Source: Salinibacter sp. (GTDB lineage Bacteria > Bacteroidota > Rhodothermia > Rhodothermales > Salinibacteraceae). From it: DNA of 64,000 nucleotides. The notes under the pieces were generated by a model, which was not told the origin of the DNA, searched no databases, and saw only the letters and a list, made by a program, of their open reading frames with translations. Below are positions 40,382 to 49,515 of this stretch, one piece after another. The position numbers were made by a program, and so were the translations under genes. Where the stretch lies: NCBI RefSeq assembly GCF_042218895.1, contig NZ_JBDGQQ010000055.1:2738-66737 (forward strand). Direction: 5' to 3'. Position 1 is the first letter of the stretch. Each line of letters opens with the position of its first letter.

Positions 40382-43300
40382 CTACCGCCGGCGGAAAACC
40401 TGAATGGGACCGTCATTCTTGGCGACGAGAAGAAGGCGTCCGCGGTTCGCGGTGTTTATGGTGGTGATGTCCCGGGCCTGGCCAGTCACGAGGAAGCCGC
40501 TCTCGCGGGTGGGCACCGCTGTGAAGTGTCCCGCTCCATTCCCGTGCAGCACAGTGCCGTAGCTGGCATCCATGCGGCCGAGATTGGGGGGAGCCCCGTG
40601 GAAGTTGCCGGCCAACAGCAGGTCAAGGTGGCCGTCGCCGTTCACATCGTCGGCAGAGATGCCGTACACGGGGGCCAACTGGGCCTCGAACGGAAGTTCG
40701 TGCACCGAAAACGAGCCGTTCCCCTCGTTCTCAACGTAAACCGTAGAGAATGTGTATGTGCGCTTCGTGAGGGCATCATCGAGCTGCGCGTCGCTGAAGA
40801 CTTCCGAGATGGGCGTGTCCGCGTACGCCTCGTGCGAGGGGAATTTCTGCTTCAGAGGGGGGATCTGGTTCACCAGGGGATCGCGCAGCACGAACGGGAC
40901 GTTTTTGCCCTGGCGATACATGGACAGGACCGGTTCGGAGGAGCCGTCCCTGTCGAAGTCGTTCACGTAGAGGGAGGTCGGCTTTTCGACGCTGGCATCC
41001 AGGCGCGTGTTGCGTCCCAGATTGCCCACGACGAGGTCCATGTCGCCGTCGTCCCCGACATCAGCCGCGACGACACGATTCCACCAGCCGTGGCTCTTAG
41101 CGAGTCCCGACTGCTCCCGGGGCTGCATTCGCTCGAGACGACCGCCGGTGTTCTCAAAGACGGAAATCGGCATCCATTCCCCCACGACCACGAGATCCTC
41201 GCGGCCATCGCCAGTGACGTCGGCCCAGAGGGCATCCGTCACCATGCCCACCTTGCGGAGCTCGGGGGCCACCTCCGTCGTTACGTCGGTAAAGTGGCCC
41301 GTCCCGTCGTTCTCCAGGACGACGCTCCTGGGATTCTTTCCGTAGTTCCAGGGCACCACGCGGCCCCCCACGAAGAGGTCCTCGTCGCCGTCGCCGTCGT
41401 AATCGGACGCCACGACGACCGATCCGCTCTGTTCGATGCCCGGCAGACGGTTCCGGGCCTTCGTGAAGGCACCAGTCCCGTCGTTCAGGTAGAGTCGATC
41501 CTCCAGCGGCGGTGTTTTCGGGGCGTACTCGTTGCCCCCACTCACGACGTATACGTCCTGATCCCCATCACCGTCCGCGTCGAAAAAGAGCGCATCGAGG
41601 TCTTCGGAGACGGCGTCCTCCGCAAAGAGCTCCTCGTTCGTTGACACGAACTGTTCCGACGACGGCTGGGGCTGTTGGACGAGGAGCCGGCCCGGCTGTC
41701 GTTTGGCCCCCCCCGCGTAGAGGTCGTCGCGCCCGTCGCCGTTTACGTCCCCCACGGCGAGCCGCGGCCCTTCGGTGGAGAGCTTCTTGGGGATCAGCTT
41801 CTCGCGATTAAAGTCGACGAACGGGTTTTCCTGGTGCGTCGCGGCGCCGAGATCGACCTTTTCCGTCACGTCCACGAACGGCTGGGCGGAGGGCTCCGGC
41901 AGTTCGGGCGCCGGCCGATCGGACCCAGTCGGGGGCGGCGCCTCGGACTGCCGGACCGTGAGCAGCTGGTCGGCGGCCACGCTTGTGATGCGTTGCACGC
42001 GCCCGTCGGGCCACGTCACCGTCACCCGGTCGAGCGTGTCGGCCTCCCCAACGCCGACGGTGAGCCGATAGCCCACAGTCGACTGAAAACCGCGGACGGG
42101 CATGTGCTCCTTGTAGAACGTGTGTCCGTTGGCCTCCACCCTCACCTGGGCACCAATCCCGAACGGATTTTCGCCCATTCCCTCCAGCTTCATCGAGAGC
42201 GAGTGGTGGTCGCGGAGGGAATCGGCCTCGTTGCGGTAGAGGAAGCTTTCCATGTTGAGGTTGTTGACGACGAGGTCGAGGTCGCCATCGTTGTCAAGGT
42301 CGCCGTACGCCGCCCCGTTCGAGAAGCTCGGCGTGTCGAGCCCCCATTCGGCTGCCACCTCCCGGAAGACCGGGCCCGTCGTGGAGTCGGCACCGAACGC
42401 GTTGCGAAAGGCGTAATTGGAGATCCTGTTGGAGGGGATCTTGTCGATCAGGTTCAGAAACTCGCCCTTGCCGCGCTTCTTCATGCGCCGGGCCGTCTTC
42501 CGGCTCATAAGCTTGTCGATGAAGTCCTGGTTCGTGACGTCCTTGTATATTCCATTTGCGACGAAGATGTCTTTGTAGCCGTCGAGGTCGAAGTCGGCAA
42601 TGAGTGCCCCCCAGCTCCAATCCGTCGCGTGCACACCTGCAATCTGACTGATGTCGCTGAACGTGCCGTTGCCGTTGTTCAGCTGGAGCGTGTTGCGCAG
42701 AACCTGGTGGTAGTACCCGTTGCGCACCATGCGCTGGTAGCCGTCCCACGGCTTAAACGTCGTGGTCGTCTTGAGCCGCCGATCGGTCTCCGGAAGCATG
42801 TCTGTCACAAAGAGCTCCGGCCACCCGTCGTTGTTGAGATCTCCAAAGTCGGCCCCCATTGACGAAAGGCTGCTGTGACGCATCTGCTTGGGGAGAACCT
42901 CGCGGAAGGTGCCGTCCTGGTTGTTGATGTAGAGATAGTCGCGTTCGAAAAAGTCGTTTGACACGTAGATGTCCTGCCATCCGTCCCGGTTGACGTCAAC
43001 GACGGTGACGCCGAGCCCAAACCCAATTTCGCTGCCGTAGATGCCCGCCTCTTCGCTCACGTCGACGAATTTGCCGTTCCGATTCTCGTAAAGCTTATCG
43101 CCCCCATGCTCGTCCCGCGTACTGCGCTGGGTGTTGCGCAGGTCGAACGTGCTGATGGGCGTGAACGCGTTGTTCAGCAGATAAAGGTCGAGATCGCCGT
43201 CGTGGTCGTAATCGAAGAAGGAGGCGTGCGTGGAGTAGCCCTCGTCGGCCACCCCGTACTCTTCGGCCTTCTCTTCGAACTGGGGCACGCCGTTGTCGTC

Positions 43301-43831
43301 GGTTCCCTGGTTGATAAAAAGCTCGTTCCTCCGGTCGTCGTCAGGGAGGTCCCCCGAGTTGCACACGTAGATGTCGAGCCATCCATCGCCGTTCACGTCC
43401 ACGATGGTGACCCCTGTGGACCACGCGCGCTGCCCGGCCACCCCGGCGGCATCGGTAACGTCCCGGAACCACCAGTCTCCCTCGTTCAGGTAAAGCCGGT
43501 TGTCTTTCTGGTTGGCCGTAAAGTAGAGGTCCTGAAGCCCGTCGTTGTTGAGATCAGCGATAGCGACGCCTCCGCCGTTGTGGTAGTTGCGATAGGTGAA
43601 GACGTTGGTGTTCTTCGTGTACTCGATGCGGTTCGTGAAGTCGACGTTTGTGTGCGACGACGGGAGCTTCGTGAACAATGTGCTTCCCGGAGGGGCCGGG
43701 GCCCGCTCGCTCTTGCTGCGCGTGGGTCCTTCCGTCGAGCCGCCACATCCGGAGAGCAGAACGACCATGACGACAAACACTGAACAGCCCGGCGCCAGCG
43801 CCGCGTCGAGGAACGAGAGACGATCCATCAT
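40382..43831 (-). CDS. FG-GAP/VCBS repeat lipoprotein with ASPIC/UnbV domain, paralog of 34582..37929
   Basis: LSGC lipobox; NGGGVAIADLNNDG, TDWSWG, FSNGAAYGDLDNDG, RGFQST, VTWPDG. Start reassigned to ATG 43831 or 43828. Confidence 0.9.
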   Translation of the reverse strand: MMDRLSFLDAALAPGCSVFVVMVVLLSGCGGSTEGPTRSKSERAPAPPGSTLFTKLPSSHTNVDFTNRIEYTKNTNVFTYRNYHNGGGVAIADLNNDGLQDLYFTANQKDNRLYLNEGDWWFRDVTDAAGVAGQRAWSTGVTIVDVNGDGWLDIYVCNSGDLPDDDRRNELFINQGTDDNGVPQFEEKAEEYGVADEGYSTHASFFDYDHDGDLDLYLLNNAFTPISTFDLRNTQRSTRDEHGGDKLYENRNGKFVDVSEEAGIYGSEIGFGLGVTVVDVNRDGWQDIYVSNDFFERDYLYINNQDGTFREVLPKQMRHSSLSSMGADFGDLNNDGWPELFVTDMLPETDRRLKTTTTFKPWDGYQRMVRNGYYHQVLRNTLQLNNGNGTFSDISQIAGVHATDWSWGALIADFDLDGYKDIFVANGIYKDVTNQDFIDKLMSRKTARRMKKRGKGEFLNLIDKIPSNRISNYAFRNAFGADSTTGPVFREVAAEWGLDTPSFSNGAAYGDLDNDGDLDLVVNNLNMESFLYRNEADSLRDHHSLSMKLEGMGENPFGIGAQVRVEANGHTFYKEHMPVRGFQSTVGYRLTVGVGEADTLDRVTVTWPDGRVQRITSVAADQLLTVRQSEAPPPTGSDRPAPELPEPSAQPFVDVTEKVDLGAATHQENPFVDFNREKLIPKKLSTEGPRLAVGDVNGDGRDDLYAGGAKRQPGRLLVQQPQPSSEQFVSTNEELFAEDAVSEDLDALFFDADGDGDQDVYVVSGGNEYAPKTPPLEDRLYLNDGTGAFTKARNRLPGIEQSGSVVVASDYDGDGDEDLFVGGRVVPWNYGKNPRSVVLENDGTGHFTDVTTEVAPELRKVGMVTDALWADVTGDGREDLVVVGEWMPISVFENTGGRLERMQPREQSGLAKSHGWWNRVVAADVGDDGDMDLVVGNLGRNTRLDASVEKPTSLYVNDFDRDGSSEPVLSMYRQGKNVPFVLRDPLVNQIPPLKQKFPSHEAYADTPISEVFSDAQLDDALTKRTYTFSTVYVENEGNGSFSVHELPFEAQLAPVYGISADDVNGDGHLDLLLAGNFHGAPPNLGRMDASYGTVLHGNGAGHFTAVPTRESGFLVTGQARDITTINTANRGRLLLVAKNDGPIQVFRRR

Positions 43832-43948
43832 CAGTTGCGTAAAACAGCAGATGAATGTACCAGCGGACGGGCACGCCGCGGGAATGGGGACGCGTTTCAC
43901 ACCGCTCTGAAGTGCCCCTGCGAGGGGAGAACTTCCGCATCAGCCAGC

Positions 43949-43983
43949 AAAAAACGCCCAGCCGGTCCGATGCCGGCTGGGCG
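43949..43983 (-). terminator. Intrinsic terminator after susD
   Basis: Perfect 11-bp stem CGCCCAGCCGG/CCGGCTGGGCG, 7-nt loop, then T6 on the minus strand. Confidence 0.85.
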
Positions 43984-44023
43984 CTTCGGAGTGCAGAGGC
44001 GCTGCAAATGAAGACATTGAGGG

Positions 44024-45895
44024 CTAGTAGCCCGGATTCTGGGTGAGGTTCGGATTCGCGCTCAACGCGCTCTTCGGCTTCGGAAAGAGCACCCGGTAGG
44101 GCTCGCTGGACTGTCCCGTCTTCGATCCATCCTTCTTGAAGAGCCACGGTCCCGTAAACGTCGGGGCGTAGACGTCGGCGTCCGGATTCGCCGACCCCTC
44201 GAACCCGATCGGCTGTCCCCCGTGCGCGAACTCGTACCGGATCAGGTCCGAGCGGCGCGTGAACTCGAAGTGGAGTTCCCGGCCGCGCTCGGCAACGATG
44301 TGCTGAATCATGCTCGTCTGATCCGTCGCCTCGCCCATCGTCAGGGCGTCGTTGCCCCGTTTCGTGTGTACCTCGTTGAACGCGTCGAGCGCCGCGCCCA
44401 TGTTGCCCTGTTTCGCCTCCGCTTCCGCCTTGGTCAGGTACATCTCCGCGAGGCGGAAGAGCGGGTAGTCATTGCCCATTTTGGCACCGTCGATACTCGG
44501 ATCAATCTCAAACTTCAATGGACGAGCGCCCGGCGCCTCGAGGAGGAAGACGTCAGAGTCTGGAAAGTCGTCCGGCGGGTTGGATGCTCCAAGCTTAATG
44601 CCCGGAATGTTGAGCGTGAGATCCAGCTGAATATCTGATCCCCGCACGGTAACGGGTCCGCTGTCCGGATTACTAAAGCACTCGTCGCCCGCACAGCCCT
44701 TGCTCGGCTTCTGGTACTGCTTTCCAACCAGGAACTGTTTTCCCCGCCGGTCGGTGTGGACGTCATCTGCCGTGCCGACCTCGCCATCCGGACCCGCCTT
44801 CAGATTGTGCGATTTGTAAAACTCCGCGATGGTGGTGAATCCATTCCAGGGGGTCGCCGGAACGCCGTGGTTGTAATGGAGAAAGGCCATCTGCTTATTG
44901 AAGGCCACGCCGCTCTCATTTTTGTAGGTCGCCGCAAAGATCAGCTCGTCGGACGTTTGATTGGAGGCCGAGAAGTTCTTGAAGTAGTCCTCCAGCTGAT
45001 ACCGGCCTGAGTTGATGACCCGCTCGGCGGCAGCCGCCGCTCCTGCATACATGGCGGTTCCTGTGTTAATGCCACTAGTGGTCACCTCACCGGTGTAGAT
45101 CTCGGCGTTGAGGAGTATCCGCGCCGTGAGGGCCAAGGCCGCACCCTTCGTGGCCCGGCCGTACGGCACCTCGCCCTTGACGGCAAGGTCTCCGATGATT
45201 GTCCCCGATCCCGGATTTTGGATGCAGCTATCTACACTGAAGTTGCCGGCTGTGCAGCCCGTGAGCTGCTTGAGGACGAAGTTGAACACCGCCTTCCGGG
45301 TCGTGTCCGCGGGCGGACTGTTTGCATCGACGGGCTGCGTGGGAAAGTCCAGATCGCTTCCCTCCTCGACGACGATGGGGACCCCGCCGAATTGGTCCAT
45401 CAGCATGTAGTAGAAGAAGGCACGGAGGAATTTGGCCTCCGCAGCAAACTGCGCCTTTTTGGCATCCGAGATGCTCTCGGATCCCGCCAGGGAGGAGAGA
45501 ACCCCGTTGGCCCGTGCGATGCCGACCTGACTAAAATCCCATGACCCGCTGATCTGCGGATTCGTGGTCGGCCAATTGTGCTGCGTCAAGTTGCGCCAGA
45601 TGCCGCCATCCCCCCAGTCCGGGCCCCGGGTGGGCACCATGATCTCGTCAGTGGAGTGCTCCTGACTGTCGAGGGGATTGAAGACGAACCCCCGAAGGTG
45701 GGCGTACACGGCCGTCACGGCCGAGACAAACTGTTGCTCGTTCTGGAAGAAGTTCTCCGGTGTGATCTGGTCGAAGGATTTCTCCTCAAGTTGCTGGTCA
45801 CAGGCCCCGAAGACCAGGGGCAACGCGAGAACGAGGGAGAGCGCGACGACACGGCGTATTCCCGCACTGGGAAATCGGTTGAGATAGGAGCTCAT
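44024..45895 (-). CDS. RagB/SusD family glycan-binding lipoprotein
   Basis: FGAC lipobox; EAKFLRAFFY, FGGVP, RATKGAA, FRLAEMYLTKAEA, ERGRELHFE..RRSDLIR, LTQNPGY. Confidence 0.95.
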   Translation of the reverse strand: MSSYLNRFPSAGIRRVVALSLVLALPLVFGACDQQLEEKSFDQITPENFFQNEQQFVSAVTAVYAHLRGFVFNPLDSQEHSTDEIMVPTRGPDWGDGGIWRNLTQHNWPTTNPQISGSWDFSQVGIARANGVLSSLAGSESISDAKKAQFAAEAKFLRAFFYYMLMDQFGGVPIVVEEGSDLDFPTQPVDANSPPADTTRKAVFNFVLKQLTGCTAGNFSVDSCIQNPGSGTIIGDLAVKGEVPYGRATKGAALALTARILLNAEIYTGEVTTSGINTGTAMYAGAAAAAERVINSGRYQLEDYFKNFSASNQTSDELIFAATYKNESGVAFNKQMAFLHYNHGVPATPWNGFTTIAEFYKSHNLKAGPDGEVGTADDVHTDRRGKQFLVGKQYQKPSKGCAGDECFSNPDSGPVTVRGSDIQLDLTLNIPGIKLGASNPPDDFPDSDVFLLEAPGARPLKFEIDPSIDGAKMGNDYPLFRLAEMYLTKAEAEAKQGNMGAALDAFNEVHTKRGNDALTMGEATDQTSMIQHIVAERGRELHFEFTRRSDLIRYEFAHGGQPIGFEGSANPDADVYAPTFTGPWLFKKDGSKTGQSSEPYRVLFPKPKSALSANPNLTQNPGY

Positions 45896-45954
45896 GGGTC
45901 AGTCAGGGTCTAATGTTTGAGTTAGGACATCAGGAGGGCAGGAGCACGCGGCGG

Positions 45955-48900
45955 CTAGAAGCTCAACTCAACCCCCAGGGTGAACGTACGTGGGCGCGGA
46001 TAGCTTGTGTAGTCGACGCCCCGGGTCGGACGTGCAAGGCTACGGAAGCCAAGCCCGCGGCCTGTAACATTGGTGTTGACCTCCGGATCGTAGCCCTCAT
46101 ACGGCGTAATCACGAATACATTCTGCACGGTGCCGTAGACCCGGGCACGGCTCAGGCCGTACGCGCTCACGTTCGGGACATTGTAGCCAATCGTCAGGTT
46201 GTCCAGCCGGAAGAAGGAGGCATCCTGAACCCATCGTGACGAGTAGACCGGCGAGTGGTCAGCACTCGTCCCATCCTTGAACGTCTTTTGCAGGACACCG
46301 ATTCCCCGGCCGAGATTACTCTTGGTCGTGAACTCCAGTGCCGTGTTGTTGAAGATCTCGCGGCCCTGCGCGCCCCGGAAGAAGGTGCTGATGTCGAAGT
46401 TCTGATAGCGGAAATCCACGTTGAGGCCGTATCGGAAGTCCGGGATCGGATTGCCGATGAAACTTCTCTTCGCCTCGCCGAGCGTCGTGGTCGTACCGTC
46501 GTCCGTCTTGTAGACCTCTTGTCCCTGATCATTGATACGGACGAAGACCGGTCCGTAGAAGGCCCCGATCGGGTGGCCCGGTTCCAAACGCTGTGCAGTG
46601 ACGCCCGTCTGCCCGGCCCCGTTTACCGGGGTGTGATCGATGAATGTGCGTCCTCCGAGGCTTTGAACTTCGTTTCTGTTGCTGCTGATGTTTCCACTGA
46701 GCCGGAGCGACAGGGCCTCCCGATCCAGGATGAGGGCATTCAGTGAGGCCTCGATGCCGGTATTCTGCACCTCGCCTACGTTTTCGAGCTTCTGTGTGGA
46801 CACGGCGGGCGGGGGCACGGAGACCAGGAGGAGAAGGTCGTCTGTGGTCTTTTGATAGAACTCAACGGTGCCATCGAACCGGCCCACAGTGAAGTCAAGC
46901 CCGACGGTGAGCTCCTCGGTCTCTTCCCACTTCAAATCCGGGTTCGGCGCCCGTCGCTGCGCAACCCCTGTCTGGATGTTTTCTCCTTGCCCAAAGACTC
47001 CCTGGAAACCGGGGTCCGGCGCAAGAACGGCCTTCGACTGGAGCGGCGGGACGGCCTGGTTTCCACTCAACCCGTATCCGACCCGCAGTTTCAACTGCGT
47101 GAGTGCGCCCACGTCCTGCAGGAAGCTCTCCTGAGCAAGATTCCACCCGATAGAGCCCGACGGAAACCAGGCAAACTGCTGTTGATCGCCGAACACGGAG
47201 GAGCCGTCGCGGCGGACCGTTCCAGTCAGGAGGTATTTGTTATTGATGTCGTAGTTGAACTTCCCAAAGAAGCCGATCTGCTCTACGAGTTGCTTCGTCG
47301 AACCGGGATCCTGGACGGACGATCCTCCACCGAGGTTGTTAAACAGCGTCGCGTCGGTTATGAAGTTCTGCGTCTCCACGCTCACCGCTTGCCAGGTCTC
47401 CCGTTCGTACTCCGCGCCCCCAATCACCTGAAGGGAATGGCCATCCAAGATTTCAGCATTGTATTCCAGCGTTGCTTGGGGCACGATGCTGGAGAGCGAG
47501 CGCTCGGCCTGCCGGGCCAACCCGCCGGAGTTCTGCCCGAACCACAGCGGCGGGCCACTCCCCGGAACGCCGGTACGCCGAATGCCCTCCGAGAGGTCAA
47601 TCCCGAGCCGTCCCGTAGCCGTCAGGTTTTGCAGAAGGTCCGCCTCGATGCTGAAATTCCCCAGGATCCGCTTCTGGTCGGTGATGTCGGTGACTCGCTC
47701 CTGAAGTGCGATCGGGTTTTTGATCGAACTCGAGAACTCCTGATACTCGCCAGTGTCGGGGCTCCGAATGCGAAGGGTCGGATCCATTCCGATCATCCCC
47801 TTGATCACGCCTCCCTGGAACCCTCCTCCCTGGGCGTAGAAAAGGTGGTTGCGCTTCGCGTATGAGGCGGTCAAGTTCATGCCGAAGCGCAGGCGGTTGT
47901 CGAACTTCTGGTGATCGACATTGACGCGCCCCGTCACGCGCTGAAGGGCGTTCCGATCAACAACCCCCTCCTGGCGGAGGTAACTGACCGACGCGCGATA
48001 GGTGGTGGATTCAGTTCCCCCCGAAAGCGAGAGGTTGTGCTCGTGCTGAATTCCAGTCCGGGTTGCGGCGTCCTGCCAGTCGGTGCTCGGCCCCGAAAAG
48101 TCGCCCTGCCGCTTCTGGAAGCACTCCGAGAAGGTCTTGAACTGTCCCAGGTCGTTGGCACAGCTTTGTCCCTTCCGAAAGGCATTTCCACCGGCCAAGT
48201 CAAGCGGATTGGCCAGCGTTGAGGCCGACACTTTGCCCGAGTAATCGACCCGAATTCTTCCTTCCTGTCCTTCCTTCGTCTGAATTAGGACGACTCCGTT
48301 GGCCCCCTCGGAGCCGTAGATGGCCGTCGCGGACGCGTCCTTCAAGATCTGGATGGATTTGATATCCTGCGGGTTGAGAAGAGCAAGCGGGTTGGAACTG
48401 CTCGAGGAGCTGATGCCTCCTGCACTCGCCCCCGACGGGGTCACGTTCGTGTTGCTCACCGGCACGCCGTCGATCACATACAGCGGGTCGGTACCTCCCG
48501 TGATTGAGCTCGTCCCCCGAATCCGCATGCTCACTCCGGACCCAGGCTCCCCACTGTTCTCGAGCAAATTCACTCCAGCGACCCGGCCCTGAATCAATTC
48601 CTGAGGGCTCGCCTGCTGGCCAACATTGGCCTCCGCCACGTCGACCGAGGACACCGATCCCGTGATTTCCTGTCTCTGCTGGGTCCCATACCCGGTCACG
48701 ACGACCTCCTCGAGCTTCTCCACGTCCTCCTGAAGCGCCACGTTAATGACGGTCCGGTCGCCCACCGTCTCTTCCTGGGCGATGTACCCGACAAAGGAGT
48801 ACACGAGCACGGCATCCGGACCGGGAACCGTAATCTTGTACTTGCCCTGCGCGTTCGTGACCGTTCCGGTGGTCGTCCCCTTGACCGCGATATTCACGCC

Positions 48901-49032
48901 GGGGAGGGGGTTTCCCGTAGCGCCGTCAGTCACCGTTCCCGTCACAGTTTTCTCCTGGGCTAGGGCAAGGCCTACGCAGAGCATCGAAAGAAAGAGGCTG
49001 CAGAGGAGGGTTCGTACCGTGGTATATCGCAT
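45955..49032 (-). CDS. SusC/RagA family TonB-dependent transporter
   Basis: Signal peptide; EEVVVTGYG, PLYVIDG, ILKDASATAIYG..GANGVVLI, RRDGSS.FG, NPDLKWEET; C-terminal YPRPRTFTLGVELSF. Confidence 0.96.
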   Translation of the reverse strand: MRYTTVRTLLCSLFLSMLCVGLALAQEKTVTGTVTDGATGNPLPGVNIAVKGTTTGTVTNAQGKYKITVPGPDAVLVYSFVGYIAQEETVGDRTVINVALQEDVEKLEEVVVTGYGTQQRQEITGSVSSVDVAEANVGQQASPQELIQGRVAGVNLLENSGEPGSGVSMRIRGTSSITGGTDPLYVIDGVPVSNTNVTPSGASAGGISSSSSSNPLALLNPQDIKSIQILKDASATAIYGSEGANGVVLIQTKEGQEGRIRVDYSGKVSASTLANPLDLAGGNAFRKGQSCANDLGQFKTFSECFQKRQGDFSGPSTDWQDAATRTGIQHEHNLSLSGGTESTTYRASVSYLRQEGVVDRNALQRVTGRVNVDHQKFDNRLRFGMNLTASYAKRNHLFYAQGGGFQGGVIKGMIGMDPTLRIRSPDTGEYQEFSSSIKNPIALQERVTDITDQKRILGNFSIEADLLQNLTATGRLGIDLSEGIRRTGVPGSGPPLWFGQNSGGLARQAERSLSSIVPQATLEYNAEILDGHSLQVIGGAEYERETWQAVSVETQNFITDATLFNNLGGGSSVQDPGSTKQLVEQIGFFGKFNYDINNKYLLTGTVRRDGSSVFGDQQQFAWFPSGSIGWNLAQESFLQDVGALTQLKLRVGYGLSGNQAVPPLQSKAVLAPDPGFQGVFGQGENIQTGVAQRRAPNPDLKWEETEELTVGLDFTVGRFDGTVEFYQKTTDDLLLLVSVPPPAVSTQKLENVGEVQNTGIEASLNALILDREALSLRLSGNISSNRNEVQSLGGRTFIDHTPVNGAGQTGVTAQRLEPGHPIGAFYGPVFVRINDQGQEVYKTDDGTTTTLGEAKRSFIGNPIPDFRYGLNVDFRYQNFDISTFFRGAQGREIFNNTALEFTTKSNLGRGIGVLQKTFKDGTSADHSPVYSSRWVQDASFFRLDNLTIGYNVPNVSAYGLSRARVYGTVQNVFVITPYEGYDPEVNTNVTGRGLGFRSLARPTRGVDYTSYPRPRTFTLGVELSF

Positions 49033-49346
49033 GTTTGCCGTGGAATTCTAGTGAGAGCAGGAGCTTGTGTAGAACCCCGGTCGCCCCCTCAGGCGTCGAG
49101 ACCTCAAAAACGGTGGGAGCGTACGTCGTGGATCGAAAATTTGGAGTTACTAAAATTTGTGCGAGAACCCTCGGCACCGCGTCTTTCATGGACGGCGGGA
49201 AGCGCGTGGGCTTCGTTCCAAAAGGAATCCGCAACCCAAAATTCACGATCCGGAACCTGAGAGGTTGAGTACTCAGTGGAAGGGTTCAGCATTCGGAAGC
49301 CTCGCTTGGGGGATACAGCGACAAGACCGGTTCTTCCAGAATTCAA

Positions 49347-49360
49347 TGAAAAGGCTTTCA
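49347..49360. promoter_or_regulatory. Candidate LacI-family operator TGAAAAGGCTTTCA
   Basis: TGAAA/TTTCA arms, one mismatch to TGWAANCGNTTWCA, in the AT-rich divergent region upstream of susC. Confidence 0.4.
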
Positions 49361-49515
49361 CAAACAGATCTTAAGAGGGTGCGATGAGAATTGCAAATCA
49401 GGAACTCCTGCATTCTAGGCCATTCCCATCAGTCTGAGGACGTACATCAAAAGCCAAAGCCTCCACGCTTCCGTCCTCGAAAATATTACGTCTTCGTAAG
49501 GTTAGCAGTCGATTC

